64,000 nucleotides of DNA, taken from Octopus sinensis. Taxonomy: Eukaryota. Where the stretch lies: NCBI RefSeq assembly GCF_006345805.1, contig NC_043018.1, forward strand, positions 10,230,001 through 10,294,000, given 5' to 3'. A model generated the notes under the pieces. It saw only the letters and a list, made by a program, of their open reading frames with translations, ran no database searches and was not told where the DNA came from. Positions 49,725 to 62,369 of this stretch are shown in pieces; positions within the stretch are counted from its first letter, which is position 1; each line of letters starts with the position of its first letter. A program made the position numbers and the translations under genes.

Positions 49725-52022
49725 TCATCATCATCATCGTTTAACGTCCGCTTTCCATGCTAGCATGGGTTGGACGGTTTGACTGAGGACTGGCGAACCA
49801 GATGGCTGCACCAGGCTCTAGTCTTGATCTGGCAGAGTTTCTACAGCTGGATGCCCTTCCTAACGCCAACCACTTCGAGGGTATAGTGGGTGCTTTTACG
49901 TGCCACCAGCATGAGGGCCAGTCAGGCGGTACTGGCAACGACCTCGCTAGAATCTTTTTACACATGCCAATGGCACAGGTGCCAGTAAGGTAATGCTAGT
50001 AACAATCCCATTCGAATGGTGCCTTTTACATACCACTGGCACGGAAGTCAGTTACCTGCTCTGGCAACGATCATGCTCGGATGGTGCTTTTAGTACCCTA
50101 CTAGCATGGGGCACAAGTGCCAGTAAGTCGACTCGAATGGTGCCTCTTATGTGCCACTCGCACAGAAGCCAGTTAGCCGCTCTGTCAATGATCACGCTCA
50201 TATGGTGCTCTTTGCACCCCGCTAGCACAGGTGCCCATCATCGAATTTCACTTTGATTTTGATTTTGATTTCACTTGCCTCAACAGGTCTTCACAAGCAG
50301 AGTTTAGTGTCCAATGAAGGAAAAGGCATGCATAAGTGGGCTGGTTACGCCCCTGGCATAGGCCACGAGGTTATGGTCTCACTTGTCCTGCTGGGTCTTC
50401 TCAAGCACAGCATATTTCCAAAGGTCTCGGTCACTAGCCATTTCCTTGGTGAGGCCTAAAGTTTGAAGGTCGTGCTTCACCACTTCATCCCAGGTCCTCC
50501 TGGATCTACCTCTTCCTCAGGTTCCCTCAACCACTAGGGTGTGGCACTTTTTCATACACTGCTATCCTCATCCATTCTCGCCACATGACCATACCAGCGC
50601 AAACGTCTCTCTTGCACACCACATCTGATGCTTCTTAGGTCCAACTTTTCTCTCAAAGTACTTACACTCTGTCAAGTATGCACACTGACATTACACATCC
50701 ATCGGATCATACTGGCTTCATTCCTTGCAAGCTTACGCATGTCCTCAGCAGTCACAGCCCATGTTTCACTGCCATGTAGCATGGCTGTTTGTACACATGC
50801 ATTGTACAGTCTACCTTTTACTCTGAGCAAGAGGCCCTTTGTCACCAGCAGAGGTAAGAGCTCTCTGAACTTAGCCCAGGCTATTCTTATTCTAGCAGCT
50901 ACACTTTCAGTGCACCCTTCCCCGCTACTGTCTTGGTCACCTAGGTAATGGAAGCTATCAACTACTTCTAGTTTTTCTCCCTGGAATGTGGCGAAAGTTG
51001 TTCTCTGCACATTTTCAGTGTTTATTGCACCTGAGCATCTGCCACATACAAAAGCTATCTTCCCAGTTAGCCTTCCTTTGATATTACTGCACCTCTTATG
51101 TGTCCATACTTACACTCTTATAGAGTTTCTACCAACGCCTTTTCTACAGATCGAGCAGGGCCATCTACCAGAAGGGATTTGTGGTGTGCCTGCCTTACTA
51201 CTTATTAGGACTTTGGTTTTAGCTAAGTTGACTCTAAGGCCCTTTGATTCTAATCCTTGTTTCCACACCTGAAACTTCTCCTCTAGTTCTGATAGTGACT
51301 CAGCAATTAGAGCAAGGTCATCAGCATAGGGGAGCTCCCAGGGGCATCCTGTCTTGAATTCCTCCATTATTACCTGGAGGACTATGATAAATAGGAGGGC
51401 GCTGAGGACCGAACATTGGTGAACCCCTACCTCTACCCTGAATTTTTTAGTGTACTCGTTGCCAACCCTCACCTTACTGACAGCATCCCTGTACATGGCT
51501 TGCATGGCTCTCACTAACCGTTCATCTATCCCTAGTTTCCTCATTGACCACCAGATAAGGGATCGGGGGACCCTTTCAAAGGCTTTCTCCGTGTCAAAGA
51601 AAGCCAGGTACAGGGGCTTATCTTTGGCTAGGTATTTCTCCTGCAGCTGTCTTACCAGAAATATAGCATCAGTAGTGCTTCTCCCTGGCACAAACCCAAA
51701 CTGCATCTCATCCAAACTGACTCTCTACCTAATTAGTTGGGCTATGACCCTCTCTGTGACCTTCATTACCTGATCCAACAGCTTGATATCTCTGTAATTA
51801 TTTGTATCTAAAGCATCACCTTTACCTTTGTAGCAGTTGACTATTATGCTGCTACACCAATCATTGGGTATGACTCCTTCGTGTATCACCTTGTTAACTA
51901 TATGGGTGACTGGGCTATATCCGACTCTGCCAGATATTTTGAGCATCTCTGCAGTAATTCCTGATGGGCCGGGGGCTTTCCCTGTCTTCATACTTTTAAT
52001 TGCTTTCCTAAAATACTTTTTG
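49725..52022 (-). mobile_element. 5'-truncated RTE-clade LINE, 2.3 kb (RT domain with frameshifts, 3'UTR, (GAT)n tail)
   Basis: KAPGPSGITAEMLK, QFGFVPGRSTTDAIF, GVHQCSVLSALLF, PYADDLAL, LHGSETW. Confidence 0.95.
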
Positions 52023-52593
52023 CTGTGAATCATCTAAGCTGTAGGCCACATGTTTCTGCATCATTACACTTTACCAGACTCCAAATCTATCATTCATAGC
52101 TTACTAAGAACAGCTGTTCTAATATGTATGCACACATTTATATAAACATCTACCTCTCTGCATGTATGTATATAAACATAGGCGCAGGAATGGCTGTGTG
52201 GTAAGTAGCTTGCTAACCAACCACATGGTTCCGGGTTCAGTCCCACTGCGTGGCATCTTGGGCAAGTGTCTTCTGCTATAGCCCCGGGCCGACCAATGCC
52301 TTGTGAGTGGATTTGGTAGACGGAAACTGAAAGAAGCCTGTCGTATATATATATGTGTGTGTTTGTGTGTCTGTGTTTGTCCCCCTAGCATCGCTTGACA
52401 ACCGATGCTGGTGTGTTTACGTCCCCGTCACTTAGCGGTTCGGCAAAAAAAGAGACCGATAGAATAAGTACTGGGCTTACAAAGAATAAGTCCCAGGGTC
52501 GAGTTGCTCGATTAAAGGCGGTGCTCCAGCATGGCCGCAGTCAAATGACTGAAACAAGTAAAAGAGAAAAAGAGAAAGAGAAAACATACTTAC

Positions 52594-52791
52594 CTTTTCT
52601 GGTAACTTGAGTTCATTGGGGCGTGACACAGGTTTAGCTTTGATTTTAAATTCATTTTCTTCATTGGGGCATGGCACAAATTTAGCTTCGACTTTAAAAT
52701 CATATGCAGGTGTCGCTGTATCATCCTTAGTACACATCTCTATACTTGGAATTTGGCCATATTTTTGGCTCTGACTTGGAAGATAGGTTGG
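52594..52791 (-). CDS. Exon of uncharacterised multi-exon gene (66 codons, phase 0-0): PTYLPSQSQK...NELKLPEK
   Basis: Poly-T tract plus TAG acceptor (52792-52793), open frame, AAG|GTAAGT donor at 52593; unique non-repeat sequence. Confidence 0.85.
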
Positions 52792-53344
52792 CTATCAAAA
52801 AAAAAAAAGGATACAGTTATGTTGAATAATTAATAAAAGTCACACTCAGCAGCAATGAAAATATATATGTATGCACAGAACTTTATTTTTAATCATTACT
52901 ATTTATTACGCCTTTAATGAATTAATTCCAGCTTGACAAAGCTTTGCGTACACCAGCAAATGTATTATTTGCTTTTTTTACATATTAGAACAGCTGTTCT
53001 TAGTAAGCTATGAATGATAGATTTGGAGTCTGTACCTGGTAAAGTGTAATGATGCAGAAACATGTGTCCTACAGGTTAGATGACTTCATTCACGGCCAGG
53101 ATTGGTGTTTAAACATGCATTGTCTATCAGCAGAATTTATCTTCGGAAACAGTTACTGCAGCGAAGGTTTTTCCACATTTGAGTGTAAACTAACTTGTTA
53201 AATATAAAGGTACTCAGCTTTATGTCAAGTGTGTTAAATGATTTTATACATTTTCTATTCTGTACTCTACACATACATACTTGTACTGGTTACTGTTTTG
53301 AAATAACCAAACCCAGTTACTCTCTCTCTCTCTCTCACTCACCC

Positions 53345-53397
<53 letters not shown>

Positions 53398-53404
53398 ATA
53401 TCTA

Positions 53405-53467
<63 letters not shown>

Positions 53468-53668
53468 GTCTGTCTATCTACCTGTCTGTCTGTTGGTCTG
53501 TCTGTCTGTCTGTCTGTCTGTACCTTTGTCTATTTATCTGTCTGTTTGGCTGTCCATCCGTCCATCCATCCATTCATCCATCCATCCATTCGTCCATCAG
53601 TCCGTCAGTTTATCTATCTGCCTGTCTATCTACCAGTCCATCCATCCCTCCATCTGTCCATCCGTCCG

Positions 53669-53731
<63 letters not shown>

Positions 53732-54382
53732 CTCCATCTGTCCATCCATCCATCCATCCGTCCGTCCGTCTGTCCATCCCTCCATCTGTCCATCCATCCG
53801 TCCATCCGTCCATCCATCCATTCATCCATCCATTCAACTATCTATAAATGATGGACAACACAAGTGGAATACATTGGACCATAGGTCTGCTGGATCAGAG
53901 CTGCCTGGGGTTATACAACAAAAGCACCTAGGATGATGGGTCTGCTGGCAGACAATGGCTTAGCTGGCTGAAACTTCGATGTCACTGTCAACGACATTCT
54001 AGTTTAAGAATAATTAATTTGTACTCTACAAAAGTACAGAGTAACCCCATCAGATTAATGTAAAATTGTTTATAACTGGACATAAAAACAAACTTTAGTG
54101 TGTGTGTGTGCGTGCGTGCGTGCGTGCATGCATGTGTGCGTGCGTGCATGCGTGTGTGTGTGCGCGCACGTGTGCATGAGTGTGTGTGTGAATATATATA
54201 CACACTTATATATATATATACATATATATATACATATATATACACACATATATATATACATATATATATACATATATATATATATATACACACATATATA
54301 TATATACATCTATGCATATGCTTAAATATACATACATATATATATATATATATATTATATACATATATATATATACATATTA

Positions 54383-54452
<70 letters not shown>

Positions 54453-54614
54453 TTGTGAATTGAAGAAATGGAGCTGAACGCAGATTGAACAGAAATCATT
54501 TTATTTCATTCTACACGTGTTTCGAAAGGCACAAATTATGTGATTTTTGCTACTAAGGTATCGGTTAAACTTTTGATTAATCTACTACAAGATTATTCAT
54601 CTTTCTATTTCACA

Positions 54615-54669
<55 letters not shown>

Positions 54670-55104
54670 CATACACACACACATATATGTATGTATATAT
54701 AACAAAGGGAAGGTGCATGGCCCAGTGGTTAGAGTGTTGGGCTCACAATCAGGAGGTAGTGAGTTCAATTCCCAGATCAGGGTGTGTTGTGTTCTTGAGC
54801 AAGACACTCTATTTTCACATTACTCCAGTTCACTCAGCTGTAGAAATGAGTTGGGGGGGTCACTGGTGCTAAGCTGTATCGGCCCCTTTGCCTTTCCGTT
54901 GGGTAACATGGGTGTCACGAAGGGGGAGACTGGTTATGTATGGGGGACTGCTGGTCTTCCAGAAACAATCTTGCCCAGATTTGTTCCTTGGAGGGGAAAT
55001 TTCAAGATGCAATCCCATGCTCATTCGTGACCAATGGGGCTCTTTACCCTATATAACAAAACATGAACCTGGAAATTTTTAGGGGTATTAGTTACTCCTT
55101 TTTG

Positions 55105-55250
55105 ATCCATAGAGTATATTGGCCAGGATACTGGGGTAGGTGGCCAGGTCTTTCCACATAGCCAATCTGAAAGAAGCGGCCCAGGATAGAACTGACTGGA
55201 GGGCACTGATCCATCGAGTAACCGAGAGTCGACTTCGACTAAGCGGATAG
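55105..55250 (+). mobile_element. Short 3' end of a second RTE (BovB-like) family
   Basis: LKEAAQDRTDWRALIHRVTESRLRLSG* followed by (GATA)n. Confidence 0.65.
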
Positions 55251-55439
55251 ATAGATAGATAGATAGATAGTTACTCCACCTTCCTGTTTTGTGATACAAT
55301 TACTTTGTAAATGATATTTCCATAACATTCAGTTTTAATAGGTATTTTGTACTAACATCCAGCAGCAACTGAGACTACATATTGGATTGTAATAACAGAA
55401 TTAGCAGATGTGCTTCAAGAGGAAACAGCAGGGATTTGC

Positions 55440-55474
<35 letters not shown>

Positions 55475-55787
55475 AATTAATAATAAAATATTAGGGAATA
55501 AATCCAAACTTACAGGGAAAAATCAGATTTAGGATTGAATCCAATTTTATAGTAAAATATTATATTATATAAAATTAGAGATAAAACCACTATTAGGCAA
55601 ATCAAACAGTGAAAAATTTAAGCTAATACATAAGATTAATTAATTTATATTATTTTAAATATATATCAAAATTATTAAAAATTTTGATATATATTTAAAT
55701 AATATAAATTAAATAATCTTATGTATTGGCTTAAGTTTTTCATTGTATGATTTGCCTAATAGTGGTTTTATCTCTAATTTAATATAT

Positions 55788-55832
<45 letters not shown>

Positions 55833-55959
55833 GTTTGCCCTAACTACCTACATTAACTATATGTATACACATTAGCAATTCGCTAAATCATCCATAGATT
55901 TCTATGGCGTTGACATATATGCTTGAAGGGATCGTCTGAGAACAGCCGAGTCAGGGGGA

Positions 55960-56010
55960 TCCCACTGAAGAGGCTCCACCAAAAGCCGAAACTGACTGAC
56001 CAGTCTGGAA
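55960..56010 (+). ncRNA. Type I hammerhead ribozyme motif (GUC) with intact core
   Basis: CCA-CTGAAGA-GGCT-CCACCAAA-AGCC-GAA-ACTG-ACTGAC-CAGT-C-TGG. Confidence 0.85.
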
Positions 56011-56355
56011 ATATCTTGACCACTGTTTTTGGGGGTGATTATGGTCCCTGTCAGCATGTATGTGTGCAATTATGTGCTTTGACTGCAGTATTAGAGCGTT
56101 TAGTTCTTATTTCTAGCAACATAGGTGTTTCCAACACCTTCAGTCACATTTAATGATGTTTATAGTTTTCCTTTTTGATACACATTGCTTACTGCTGCCT
56201 ACGTTAATTATATATATATATATATATATATTGCCAGATAAGACTGGAGCCTGGTGCAGCCTTCTGGCTTCCCAGATCCCCGGTCGAACCGTCCAACCCA
56301 TGCTAGCATGGAGAACGGACGTTAAAGTATGATGATGATGATGATGATGATATAT

Positions 56356-56387
<32 letters not shown>

Positions 56388-56546
56388 AAATGTAGGATAA
56401 AATTTTTTTCGAAAAAAAAAAATTTTATCAATGGCCAGCATATTAAAAAAATACCTTTAAAGGTTAAATTTATAAACAACTTATAAATAAGGGCAAACGA
56501 AATATTTGGCATTAGAAATTTTTTCGTTTGTCTTTATTTATAAGTT

Positions 56547-56580
<34 letters not shown>

Positions 56581-57204
56581 CATATATACACACACATATA
56601 CATTTATGTATTCGTTTTGCAAGATTCTTGATGTGAATTCGTGTGTTGAAACAGATACTGTTCTATTTGGGGATGGTCATGTTGCTAGTTTAGCCAATGA
56701 AAACACATGTTCTATGCATTTGGCGTTCACTTGCTTCAGCTTTATTTTATATCAATCATATTTTGGCCAGAGTTCTTTAGTCACACTTCTGTGGCCTCAT
56801 CAGTGGTCCTTTGCTTTCTTCTTTCCTCTTTGTGTGTCACTCCTTACTAACGATCTGCCATTATGTATTCCTTTTGTATGTGTCTTTATTTGTGCATGCA
56901 TATATCCCTGTGTGTGTGGGGGTGTGGATGTGTGTTTGTGTATGTGTATGCGCCACACACAGGGATATACGCATGCTCAAAAAAGATACATACAATAGGA
57001 ATACATAACAGCAGATCGTTAGTAAGGAGTGAAACACAAAAAAGAAAGAAGAAAGCAAAGGACCACTGATGAGGCCACAGAAGTGTGACGAAAGAAATCT
57101 GGCCGAAATACAATTAATATAAAATAAAACTGAAGCAAGTGAACACCAAATGCATAGAGCATGTATTCTCATTGGCTAAACTGGCAACATGACCATCCGT
57201 AAAT

Positions 57205-57247
<43 letters not shown>

Positions 57248-58199
57248 AAGTTTCCATACAGTCTCTGTCTACTAAATTCACTCACAAGGCTATAGCAGAA
57301 GATACCTGCCCAAGGTGCCTCGCAGTGGGACTGAACCTGAAGCCTTATGGCTGGAAAGCAAGTTTCTTAACCCAACAGCTAGGCCTGTGACAATAACAGG
57401 GTTTTATTAATCTAATGGTTTCAAATTCTGGCACAAGGCCAGCAATTTTGGCCGAGGTGGGTTTAGTCGATGACATTGGCCCCAGTGTTCAACTGGTGCT
57501 TATTTTATTAACCCCAGAAGGATGAAAAGCAAAGTCGGCCTCAGCAGAACTTGAACTCAGAACTTAAGGATGGACGAAATGCTGTTAAGCATTTTGCTCA
57601 GCTTGCTAACGGTTCTGCCAGCTCGCCACCATCCGAAGCTTAATTAATTTATTAAAATCATTTTGCAGCATTATCATTATCCTTACTATCATCATTGTCA
57701 TCAAAACTGAGACAAAGAGGGAGTCACAATGCAGTCACTCAACCTGCGAGAAGCAATACCTAAATCTCCCTCAGACGATGCCTTTTTGTTTTAAAGGAGT
57801 AGAAACACATTGGATAATATTGCCCAAGTTACACTAAAACTGGAAAAACCCCAAAAATCAAACATGATGGCCATAGCTGGGGAGTCTTTTGTCATGCATC
57901 TACTTATTCAGGGTTGACCTGGGGCTAAATAGCATGAACAAAGAGGCCTGTTTGTTGTGAGATGCCCTTGCAGTACAACTGGTATATCACACAAGGTGAT
58001 GTGCCCTTTGCTGTGTCTAAAACCTCAGGAGGAATTGAACACAGCACTGCAAGCTAATGAAACGCTTGTGAATGCTACAGTGCTCCCACTGTTTAAAGCA
58101 AGAAGTTGTTCCTAATCCGTGGTACCTATTTACAACCAGGTGGACTGGGCTGTATTACACACAAAACTATGATGATGATAAGGTATAAAGTAACCTCTT

Positions 58200-58685
58200 A
58201 ACGGCTTGTGGTCATTATTTAGCCCGAGGTCAAGTCCAGTTCAGCAGACCCATAATCAAAGGTGTTACAAATATGACCACCCTTACTTTTACTCAGACAG
58301 TGTATCTAGAACTACATCATCTAATGTCTTCTTCCTTACTGTTGCTCTGTTGTTGTTTAACCCCAGGTCAGGACTGATGCAGTTGACCTAGGATCAAAGA
58401 TGCTCTGGCCATGACCATCCTGGCTTTTATTCAAACATAGTGTATGTAGGATTATTTAGGCCTCTGATCAAACCTGATCTGTCAGAATGCTAATCAAAAA
58501 TGCTCCAGTTGTGACCACCCTATCTGTTATTTAAAACAGGAGTACCTGTGTGGTAAGTAGCTTGCTTACCAACCACATGGTTCCGGGTTCAGTCCCACTG
58601 TGTGGCACCTGTTTTCTACTATAGCCTTGGGCTGACCAAAGCCTTGTGAGTGGATTTCGTAGACGGAAACTGAAAGAATCCTGTC

Positions 58686-58767
<82 letters not shown>

Positions 58768-59560
58768 GTATGTGTGTATATGTTGTGTTTGTCCCCCAAC
58801 ATCACTTGATAATGTTGGTGTGTAACTTAGCAGTTCAACAAAGCGACCAATAGGATAAGTGCTTGGCTTAACTAGAATAAGCCCTGGGGTCAATTTGCTC
58901 AACTAAAGGCATTGCTCCAGCATGGTCGCAGTCAAATGACTGAAACAAATAAAAGAATAAAAGAGAATATTATTTGATGTCTTTTTGCAGTTGTTTAGCC
59001 CCAGGTCAGGCCCAATCCAGTAGACCTATGATCGAAGATACTCCGACTATGACCATCCAGTCTTTTATCCGAACATAGTGTGTCTGGAACTGCATTATCT
59101 ATTACATCTCTCTTGTCTTTTAGCCCCAGGTCAATCCTGATCCATCAGACCACTAATCAATGGTGTTTTAGTTGTGAGTATCCTGTCTTTTATTAAGACA
59201 TAGTGTACCTAGGACTACATTATTTAATGTGTCATACCTACTTTTGCTTAGCCCCAGGTCGAACCTGATCCAGCAGGCCATTTATCAAAGGCGTTCCAAT
59301 TGTGACCATCCAGTCTTTTATTTAAACATAATATGTGTAAGACTATGTCATTTTGTTGTTGTTTAGCCCCAGGTCAGGCCTGATCCTGTAGACCTATGAT
59401 CAAAGATGTTCTGGCTATGATCATCCTGTCATTTATTCAGGCATAATGTATCTAGGAATGCATTATTTAATGTGTCATTCCTACTTTTATTTAACCGCTG
59501 GTCAAACTCACTCTTTCAGGCTGCAAATCAAAAGCATTCCGTTTGTGGCCATCCTGTCTT
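58200..59560 (-). repeat. Degenerate tandem array of 125-140-bp units (probable SINE 3' end with AAC tail), interrupted by a SINE A
   Basis: Recurrent TTTAGCCCCAGGTCA..CTGATCC..GACCTATGATCAAAG..GACCATCC; dispersed copies at about 53870, 57900 and 61277. Confidence 0.75.
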
Positions 59561-59928
59561 TTATGTAAACACAGTATATATTGGATCATGCGCACAAGTG
59601 GCAGATGGTAGATGGCTCTCAGATATAAAGGTTAGCGATAAAAAGAACTTCACCAAATATGCAGTCAGGAACAAGCAATAACAGGTTTACTCAAGGTAAA
59701 GCAATCAACAGGTGTTACCACTGATTCTCATAAATTCTCAGTCTCGTTTATGAGCTTCTGAAGAAAGTAATTTTGGCCATTTTCAAATAAGCCTAGTCTT
59801 AGTGTAAGGCAATATCTGCACTAGTGTCTGTAACTAGTGAAAGGGCCGAATCATCTAACAGACAGTGGCCCCAGAACAGCAGGGATAAGATCAAGTATTC
59901 TTGATCTTGACTCCTGAACAGCAACACT

Positions 59929-60040
59929 GCCAGGTGGGCCGACAGCCAGGTAGGCTGACAGCCAGGTGGGCCGACAGCCAGGTGGGCTGACAGCCAGGTG
60001 GGCCGACAGCCAGGTGGGCTGACAGCCAGGTGGGCCGACA
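59929..60040. repeat. GC-rich 16-bp minisatellite, seven copies (GCCAGGTGGGC[C/T]GACA)
   Basis: Direct reading; C and T variants alternate. Confidence 0.95.
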
Positions 60041-60529
60041 ACTAGGTGACATTCCACAAACTGAGTGGTCAACAGTTTGAATCCATTGCAGATAATACCA
60101 TCTTCCACCTCCTCCTCCTCCTCATCATCATCATCATCCATTTTCCATGCTGGCATGGGTTGGATGGTTTGACCAGAGCTGGCAAGCAAGAGAGCCGCAC
60201 CAGGTTCCAATCTGATTTGGTTTGGTTTCTATGGTTGGATGCCTTTCCTAATGCCGCCAACCACTTTACAATGAGTGCTGGGTGCTTTTAACATGTAGCA
60301 CTGACACAAGCAGATTTACATGGTGCTGGCACGTATACTTTTTATGTGGCACTGGCACAGAGCTCTAGCAGATCAATCCTCTTCGTGAGGGGAAGTGGCA
60401 TAGGACAGGTTTTCTTGAGTACAGCAAAGCGCCAGATATCTTGGTCCTTTGCCATTTCAGTTGTTGCAGATTCATTGGTGCCATGGAATTTAAGCTGGGG
60501 TCAATCAAGTTTCAGAATTTAAGCTAGGA

Positions 60530-60899
60530 CTAGCACTATGACCTGGCAACGCCGGGTCGTAGTGCTAGTGCATGCATATACAGCTGTGTGTGCGTGCGCA
60601 CATACATGCGAGTACTGTCCAAATCTCCGACCAATCACACACAGCTAGCTGGCATTCAATTGGCGTATCAAGTTTCAGGCATTTTGACTGGGTTTTGGAT
60701 AGAAAATTCACAAAAAAGTCACTTCTATTGATTTTCTAATGGCTTTGCGGAGTAACTGGGGAAATGTAAAGATGTGCACGACCACCCTTGGACGGTTTTG
60801 AATGACCATAGAAAGTGCGAGCCCTCTAACTGAAAAATTGTGGATTTGTATAAAGGACACGCACACAGACAGACATTTTGCCATTTATATATATATAGA
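60530..60899 (-). mobile_element. Non-autonomous Helitron
   Basis: 5' A|TCTATATATATATAAATGGC..TGTCTGTCTG and 3' hairpin ending CTAG|T. Confidence 0.75.
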
Positions 60900-61641
60900 T
60901 TTTAAGCAAGGATCAATCAAATTTCAGATGCAGCAGACAGCTTCATCAATCACACAGATGGCACCACACACCAACTTGAACTCATTTTCATCAAATCTGG
61001 ACCTCTGCAGTCATCTGAAAGCCCCACCTGTTGGAGGAAAATGAAACCAAAGCTACTGAAGCAAGCAGGTGAGCTTCTTGAATCAAGAAAATCTGTCACA
61101 CAATGACAACGGGTGTATGCCACTCACGAGGCTTTGGTTAGCCTAGGGCTATAATAGAAGACACTCACCCAAAGTGCCACACTGTGGGACTGAACCCAAC
61201 CGCATAATTAGGAAGCAAGTTACTTAATCATACAATGTCTATGTAAGCTCAAGTGTCCTTTCTTACTGTTGTTGTTAAACCCCAGGTCAATCCTGCTCCA
61301 GTAAGCCTATGATCAAAGATAGTCCAACTGTGGCCCTCCTAAATTTTATACAGATATAAAGTATCTATGATTATATTTATTTCTTTATTGCACATAGGGG
61401 GCTACACATAGAGGGGACAAACAACGACAAACAAAGGGATTAAGTCGTTTATGTCGACCCCAGTGTGTAACTGGTACTTATTTAATCGACCCCAAAAAGA
61501 TGAAAGGCAAAGTCGACCTCGGTGGAATTTGAACTCAGAACATAATGGCAGACGAAATACCGCTAAGCATTTCACCTGGCATGCTAATGATTCTGCCAGC
61601 GCACCACCCTAAAATATAACCTATGATTACATTATCTAATG

Positions 61642-61896
61642 CAGTGGTACCCAACCTGGATTCCACAGACCCCTGGTGGTCCGCAAAGATAGTACTGGGG
61701 CTCCACAAACAAAATTCAAAATTTCATACATATATACATATGAGTGGCTGTGTGGTAAGTAGCTTGCTTACCAACCACATGGTTCCGGGTTCAGTCCCAC
61801 TGTGTGGCACCTTGGGCAAGTGTCTTCTACTATAGCTTCAGGCCGACCAAAACCTTGTGAGTGGATTTGGTAGACAGAAACTGAAAGAAGCCTGTG

Positions 61897-61928
<32 letters not shown>

Positions 61929-62254
61929 TTGTGTATGTGTATGTATATGTTTGTGTGTCTGTGTGTCCCCCAACATCGCCTGACAACCAATGCTGGTGTG
62001 TTTACGTCCCTGTCACTTAGCAGTTCAGCAAAAGAGACTGATAGAATAAGTACTAGGCTTACAAAGAATAAGTCCTGGGGTCGATTTGTTCGACTAAAGG
62101 CGGTGCTCCAGCATGGCCGCAGTCAAATGACTGAAACAAATAAAAGAGTAAAAGAGTATATATATACACACACACAAGGATAAGCATATTAAAAGGGGTC
62201 CATGGGAAAACTCATTTCAATAAAATGGTTGGGAACCACTGATGGGAACCATTG
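61642..62254. mobile_element. hAT (Charlie-like) MITE split by a SINE A
   Basis: CAGTGGTACCCAACC / GGTTGGGAACCACTG TIRs, duplicated right terminus, 8-bp TSD ATCTAATG. Confidence 0.8.
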
Positions 62255-62369
62255 ATCTAATGTATCCCTTCTCATTGTTGTTTGGGCATATGACAGACTT
62301 CATCCAGCAGATAAATGATCAATGACATTCCAAATGTGACCATCCTGTCTTTTATTTATTTATCTTTTA

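Noticed and set aside
54500-54610. Minus-strand GAAAC-ACGT-GTA hammerhead half
   Set aside because: No recognisable CUGANGA or stem II partner; at most a decayed remnant.
60517-60912. Apparent 12-bp TSD around the Helitron (TTTAAGCTAGGA / TTTAAGCAAGGA)
   Set aside because: A third similar motif at about 60488 shows a local repeat, and Helitrons do not make TSDs.
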